NCBI GenBank assembly: GCA_964452795.1
Contig: CAYVOE010000001.1
Span: forward strand, 1-35,677
DNA length: 35,677 bases
Reading direction: 5' to 3'
Source of the DNA: an uncultured Nitrospiraceae bacterium
GTDB lineage: Bacteria > Hydrogenedentota > Hydrogenedentia > Hydrogenedentales > SLHB01
Within the stretch, counting starts at the first letter, position 1. Each line of letters starts with the position of its first letter. The position numbers were made by a program, and so were the translations under genes. Shown here in pieces: positions 33,068 through 35,677 of this stretch. The notes beneath the pieces were generated by a model. It saw only the letters and a list, made by a program, of their open reading frames with translations. It did no database searches and was not told where the DNA came from.

Positions 33068-33859
33068 ATGAGTCGACCTTATTACGGATACGAGAGCACC
33101 TACGGATTCGATCGCGAGCGCATCACCTATGCCGTGCAGCGCCTGATCCTCGCCTGCGCGGCGGTCTTCGCGGCCCAGTTGCTCCTCGACATCCCCTTCG
33201 GCCGCCCCGGCGTGCCGCTGGGCGGACTGCCGGCGTGGCTGCTGGCCTTTCGTCCCGAGATCTCCGTGGGCCTGCTCTGGCAGCCCATCACCTACGTGTT
33301 CCTCCACGGGGACCTGTCGCACCTGTTCTTCAACATGCTCTGGTTCTACATCTTCGGACCCGAGGTGGAACGGGCGCTGGGCACGCGGCAGTTCTTCCGA
33401 TTCTTCCTCATCAGCGGGGCGCTGGGCGTGCTGGTCAATCTTCTGCCGATCCCGCTCATCGCCAACAACTACGCGCCCGTAATCGGCGCGAGCGGAGCGG
33501 TCATGGCGGTGCTGGTGGCCCACGCGGTCATCAACCCCGAGCGGGAGCTGTTCATCTTTCCCCTGGCGGTTCCCCTCAACGTCCGCGGGCTCATCATCAT
33601 CGTTATCGCGTTTAACCTGATCATGGCGGTGTTCGGAGCGGGGGTTACGTCCGTCGGCACACACCTGGGCGGCATGGCCGCCGGATACGCTTACATGAAG
33701 CTGGTGCCCCGGATGCGGACGTGGCGCTTCCGCCGGCCGGCGCGACGGCCTCGTCCGCGCGGCGCCGCGCCGGGCCGCTCGAGCGATACGCGGGACCCGC
33801 TGGGCGAGGCTGTGGACAACATCTTTCGCTTCGAAGACGAGAAGCGTCGACGGGAATAA
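33068..33859 (+). CDS. Rhomboid-family intramembrane serine protease
   Basis: Motifs seen: FLHGDLSHLFFNMLWFYIFG, GASGAVMAVLVA (GxSG catalytic Ser), and GTHLGGMAAGYAY (catalytic His). Confidence 0.92.
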   Translation: MSRPYYGYESTYGFDRERITYAVQRLILACAAVFAAQLLLDIPFGRPGVPLGGLPAWLLAFRPEISVGLLWQPITYVFLHGDLSHLFFNMLWFYIFGPEVERALGTRQFFRFFLISGALGVLVNLLPIPLIANNYAPVIGASGAVMAVLVAHAVINPERELFIFPLAVPLNVRGLIIIVIAFNLIMAVFGAGVTSVGTHLGGMAAGYAYMKLVPRMRTWRFRRPARRPRPRGAAPGRSSDTRDPLGEAVDNIFRFEDEKRRRE

Positions 33860-34194
33860 TGGGCACTTTCGGAATTCAAGAGATTTTAGTACTGATCATC
33901 GTGATCCTGGTCTTGCAGAAGACCGGGCTGTGGCGGATCATCTCGGACGGCTTGCGCGAACTGCGGGGAGAGCGGCCGACCGGCGCCGGCGGAGCTTCCG
34001 GTCCCGCCGGGGATTACCGCTTCTTTTTCCAGTCCCTGGGCATTTCGCCTTCCGCCCCCTGGGAGGAGATCGAGCGGGCCTACCGCGCCAAGGCGAAGCT
34101 GTACCATCCCGACGGCAAGGCCCTCGATGAGGACCACATGCGGGCCCTCAACGAGGCCTACGACGAGCTCAAGCGCCTGCGGCGCCGCCGGTAG
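33859..34194 (+). CDS. Membrane-anchored J-domain protein with TatA-like N-terminal TM/amphipathic segment (111 aa)
   Basis: The ATG at 33859 overlaps the rhomboid stop codon (TAATG). The N-terminus MGTFGIQEILVLIIVILVLQKTGLWRIISDGLRELRG resembles TatA ([25 protein letters not shown]). The C-terminal half LGISPSAPWEEIERAYRAKAKLYHPDGKALDEDHMRALNEAYDELKR is a J domain with the HPD motif. Confidence 0.75.
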   Translation: MGTFGIQEILVLIIVILVLQKTGLWRIISDGLRELRGERPTGAGGASGPAGDYRFFFQSLGISPSAPWEEIERAYRAKAKLYHPDGKALDEDHMRALNEAYDELKRLRRRR

Positions 34195-34275
34195 CGGAAT
34201 AAAGGGGGTAAGCGGAGAACAGCCGGCAAGCCGGGCATTGCCCGGGCGCGCCGATAAGGGCGCTCCGGCTCCGCT

Positions 34276-34692
34276 CTAGCTCTCGCCTTTCACGACGCGG
34301 TCCCACGACTCTTCGTCGGCTTCGATCTGGAGAGCCCGAACAAACCGTTCGTGGGCCTCTTCGGGGGCGCCGTAGATGACGAAAAGCTTGTCGAGGTTGG
34401 TGATCTCGAATACCTTGCGGATGTCCTTGTTGAGGGCGCACAGGCGCAGGCGCCCCCGCGCCTCCTGCACCGCCTCGTTGATGCGCAGCAGCTCCGTGAG
34501 TACCGCGCTCGAAAGGTAATCGACCCGTTCAAAGTTGAGAAGCAGATTGATTCGCGGCTTGCCTTGAATGTGGGCGAGGACTTCGTTGCCGAACTGAGAG
34601 ACGTTGAGCGTGTCCAGCACGCTCGACGATGTAATGGTCCCTTCGGTGATAGGCCCGCGCTCTTCGAAGGCTACCAGCGCTTTCTGCGGCAT
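34276..34692 (-). CDS. STAS-domain anti-sigma-factor antagonist (SpoIIAA/RsbV-like)
   Basis: The protein contains LDTLNVSQFGNEVLAHIQGKPRINLLLNFERVDYLSSAVLTELLRINEAVQEARGRLRLCALNKDIRKVFEITNLDKLF. Its ATG lies 3 nt after the kinase stop codon. Confidence 0.88.
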   Translation of the reverse strand: MPQKALVAFEERGPITEGTITSSSVLDTLNVSQFGNEVLAHIQGKPRINLLLNFERVDYLSSAVLTELLRINEAVQEARGRLRLCALNKDIRKVFEITNLDKLFVIYGAPEEAHERFVRALQIEADEESWDRVVKGES

Positions 34693-34695
34693 GCA

Positions 34696-35166
34696 TCACC
34701 CTCCTTTATTGCTGAGCGTCTTGCGCCGGAATGACATCTCAAAGCAATTCTGCGCCCGATTGTACTCGACATGGTCCATGAAATGTCGAATGAGGCAAAG
34801 TCCGCGGCCCCCTTTCTGGTGGCATTCGGGAACCGTTATGTCTTTGCAGCAGAACCCGCGGCCTTCGTCGCAGATTCGGATCCGACAGGAATCGCCGACT
34901 TCGGCCAGTTCAATGGCCACCCGTCGGGACGCATCGCCCTCGTTGCCGTGCTGGATCGCGTTGACCAGGGCCTCCTCGAGGCACAATCGTGCATAAAACT
35001 CTTCTTCCGGTTCGATCCAGTCACGCTCGATCAGCGACGCCAAGGCCCCTTGCAACGCGTCCGACATCGCATCGTACGTGCTCAAGAACTCCCGTCGATA
35101 AAAGACGTTCGCTGCTCGCACGAAACTGCTCCATGCTCGAAGGCTTCCGCTCGAAGGCTTCCTCAT
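34696..35166 (-). CDS. Anti-sigma regulatory factor, Ser/Thr protein kinase (RsbW/SpoIIAB-like HATPase_c)
   Basis: Motifs seen: LEEALVNAIQHGNEGD (N box), IRICDEGRGF (G1), and GGRGLCLIRHFMDHVEY (G2). I prefer the start at ATG 35166. The track ORF to 35283 adds an Arg/Gly-rich extension. Confidence 0.82.
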   Translation of the reverse strand: MRKPSSGSLRAWSSFVRAANVFYRREFLSTYDAMSDALQGALASLIERDWIEPEEEFYARLCLEEALVNAIQHGNEGDASRRVAIELAEVGDSCRIRICDEGRGFCCKDITVPECHQKGGRGLCLIRHFMDHVEYNRAQNCFEMSFRRKTLSNKGG

Positions 35167-35296
35167 GAGGATAACACACGACAACGGTTGAACGGTAAGA
35201 CCCAACCGGAGGCCCGATTTCGCACCCCTTCGCGGCCTTGTTCCCGACGGCCCTTTACGGGCCTCGGAAGGGCGCCGAGACAACGCCCGGACCGGC

Positions 35297-35677
35297 TCAT
35301 TTGAGGTAAACCGTGACGCGTCCGACGCGCCAGCCCGACTCGACGGTGCGCGAGGCCCGAACCTGGCGTATCCCCTGTTCCGCCTTCAACAGCGTGGCCG
35401 AAAGGGGATCGTCTTCCGGGGTGCGGGCGCCGACGCTCAGGGGCAGCAGTACCTGCCGAATGAACCCGTCGTCGAGCACCAGGGCGTTGTACCGCGGCTG
35501 GGCGGGGTCGTACGGCGGATCGAATGAGGCGAAGAAACCCGTGACGGCCTGTCTCTTGATGAGGTCCAGCGAGGACTTCAGCAGGTCGAGGTCGTCGGCC
35601 AGCAGGAGGAGGTCCTCGGCGAAGGCATAGTAGACGCCGATCTGAAGCGGCAGGGGAATGGTGTAGATCTCGATGTC
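35297..35677 (-). CDS. Hypothetical protein, C-terminal fragment (gene continues beyond right edge)
   Basis: The minus-strand frame stays open from the window edge to the TGA at 35299..35297. It reads ...DIEIYTIPLPLQIGVYYAFAEDLLLLADDLDLLKSSLDLIKRQAVTGFFASFDPPYDPAQPRYNALVLDDGFIRQVLLPLSVG...RVTVYLK. The track shows only the last 60 codons, from an internal GTG. I recognise no family. Confidence 0.6.
   Translation of the reverse strand, partial: DIEIYTIPLPLQIGVYYAFAEDLLLLADDLDLLKSSLDLIKRQAVTGFFASFDPPYDPAQPRYNALVLDDGFIRQVLLPLSVGARTPEDDPLSATLLKAEQGIRQVRASRTVESGWRVGRVTVYLK

Overview
High-GC bacterial chromosomal window. It looks like a Planctomycetota/PVC-type genome, inferred from the expanded pilin-like family described below. 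I support about 35 protein genes. I found no rRNA, tRNA, CRISPR array, transposase or integrase. Many long ORFs in the track are antisense or out-of-frame shadows typical of high-GC DNA.

- **Pilin-like array (1-8.4 kb).** A same-strand array of four paralogous genes, one cut by the window edge. Each has a prepilin-type N-terminus ([25 protein letters not shown]) and a C-terminal ...[13 protein letters not shown]... motif. Two are followed by homologous mini-lipoproteins. A Tat-signal beta-propeller/metallohydrolase gene sits inside the array. All four share a near-consensus TTGAC(A/G)-17/18-TAnnnT promoter followed by a GTCGATACAG box and long 5' leaders.
- **Middle of the window.**
  - Metabolic genes: ceramidase-like, aminotransferase, enolase-superfamily dehydratase, HD hydrolase and homocysteine methyltransferase.
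  - A 725-bp structured intergenic region.
  - A GntR/PBP regulator.
  - An operon with an orphan gene, an HU/IHF-like gene, tatC, two unknown membrane proteins and a TatB-like gene.
  - An esterase, a cold-shock protein and a beta-propeller lipoprotein.
- **Right part.**
  - A pilT operon carrying a secreted CBM/coiled-coil protein, a mini TM protein and a CxxC mini-protein.
  - Divergent Nramp-like and GH5 genes.
  - A TPR-lepB pair.
  - A rhomboid gene coupled to a TatA-like/J-domain fusion.
  - An RsbW-like kinase plus STAS antagonist pair.

**Most interesting:** the pilin-like array with its shared promoter, box and leader architecture; the rhomboid/TatA-like J-protein pair; the unusual tat operon; and the pilT-linked module. 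All functional calls rest on motif recognition by eye. No database search was run.
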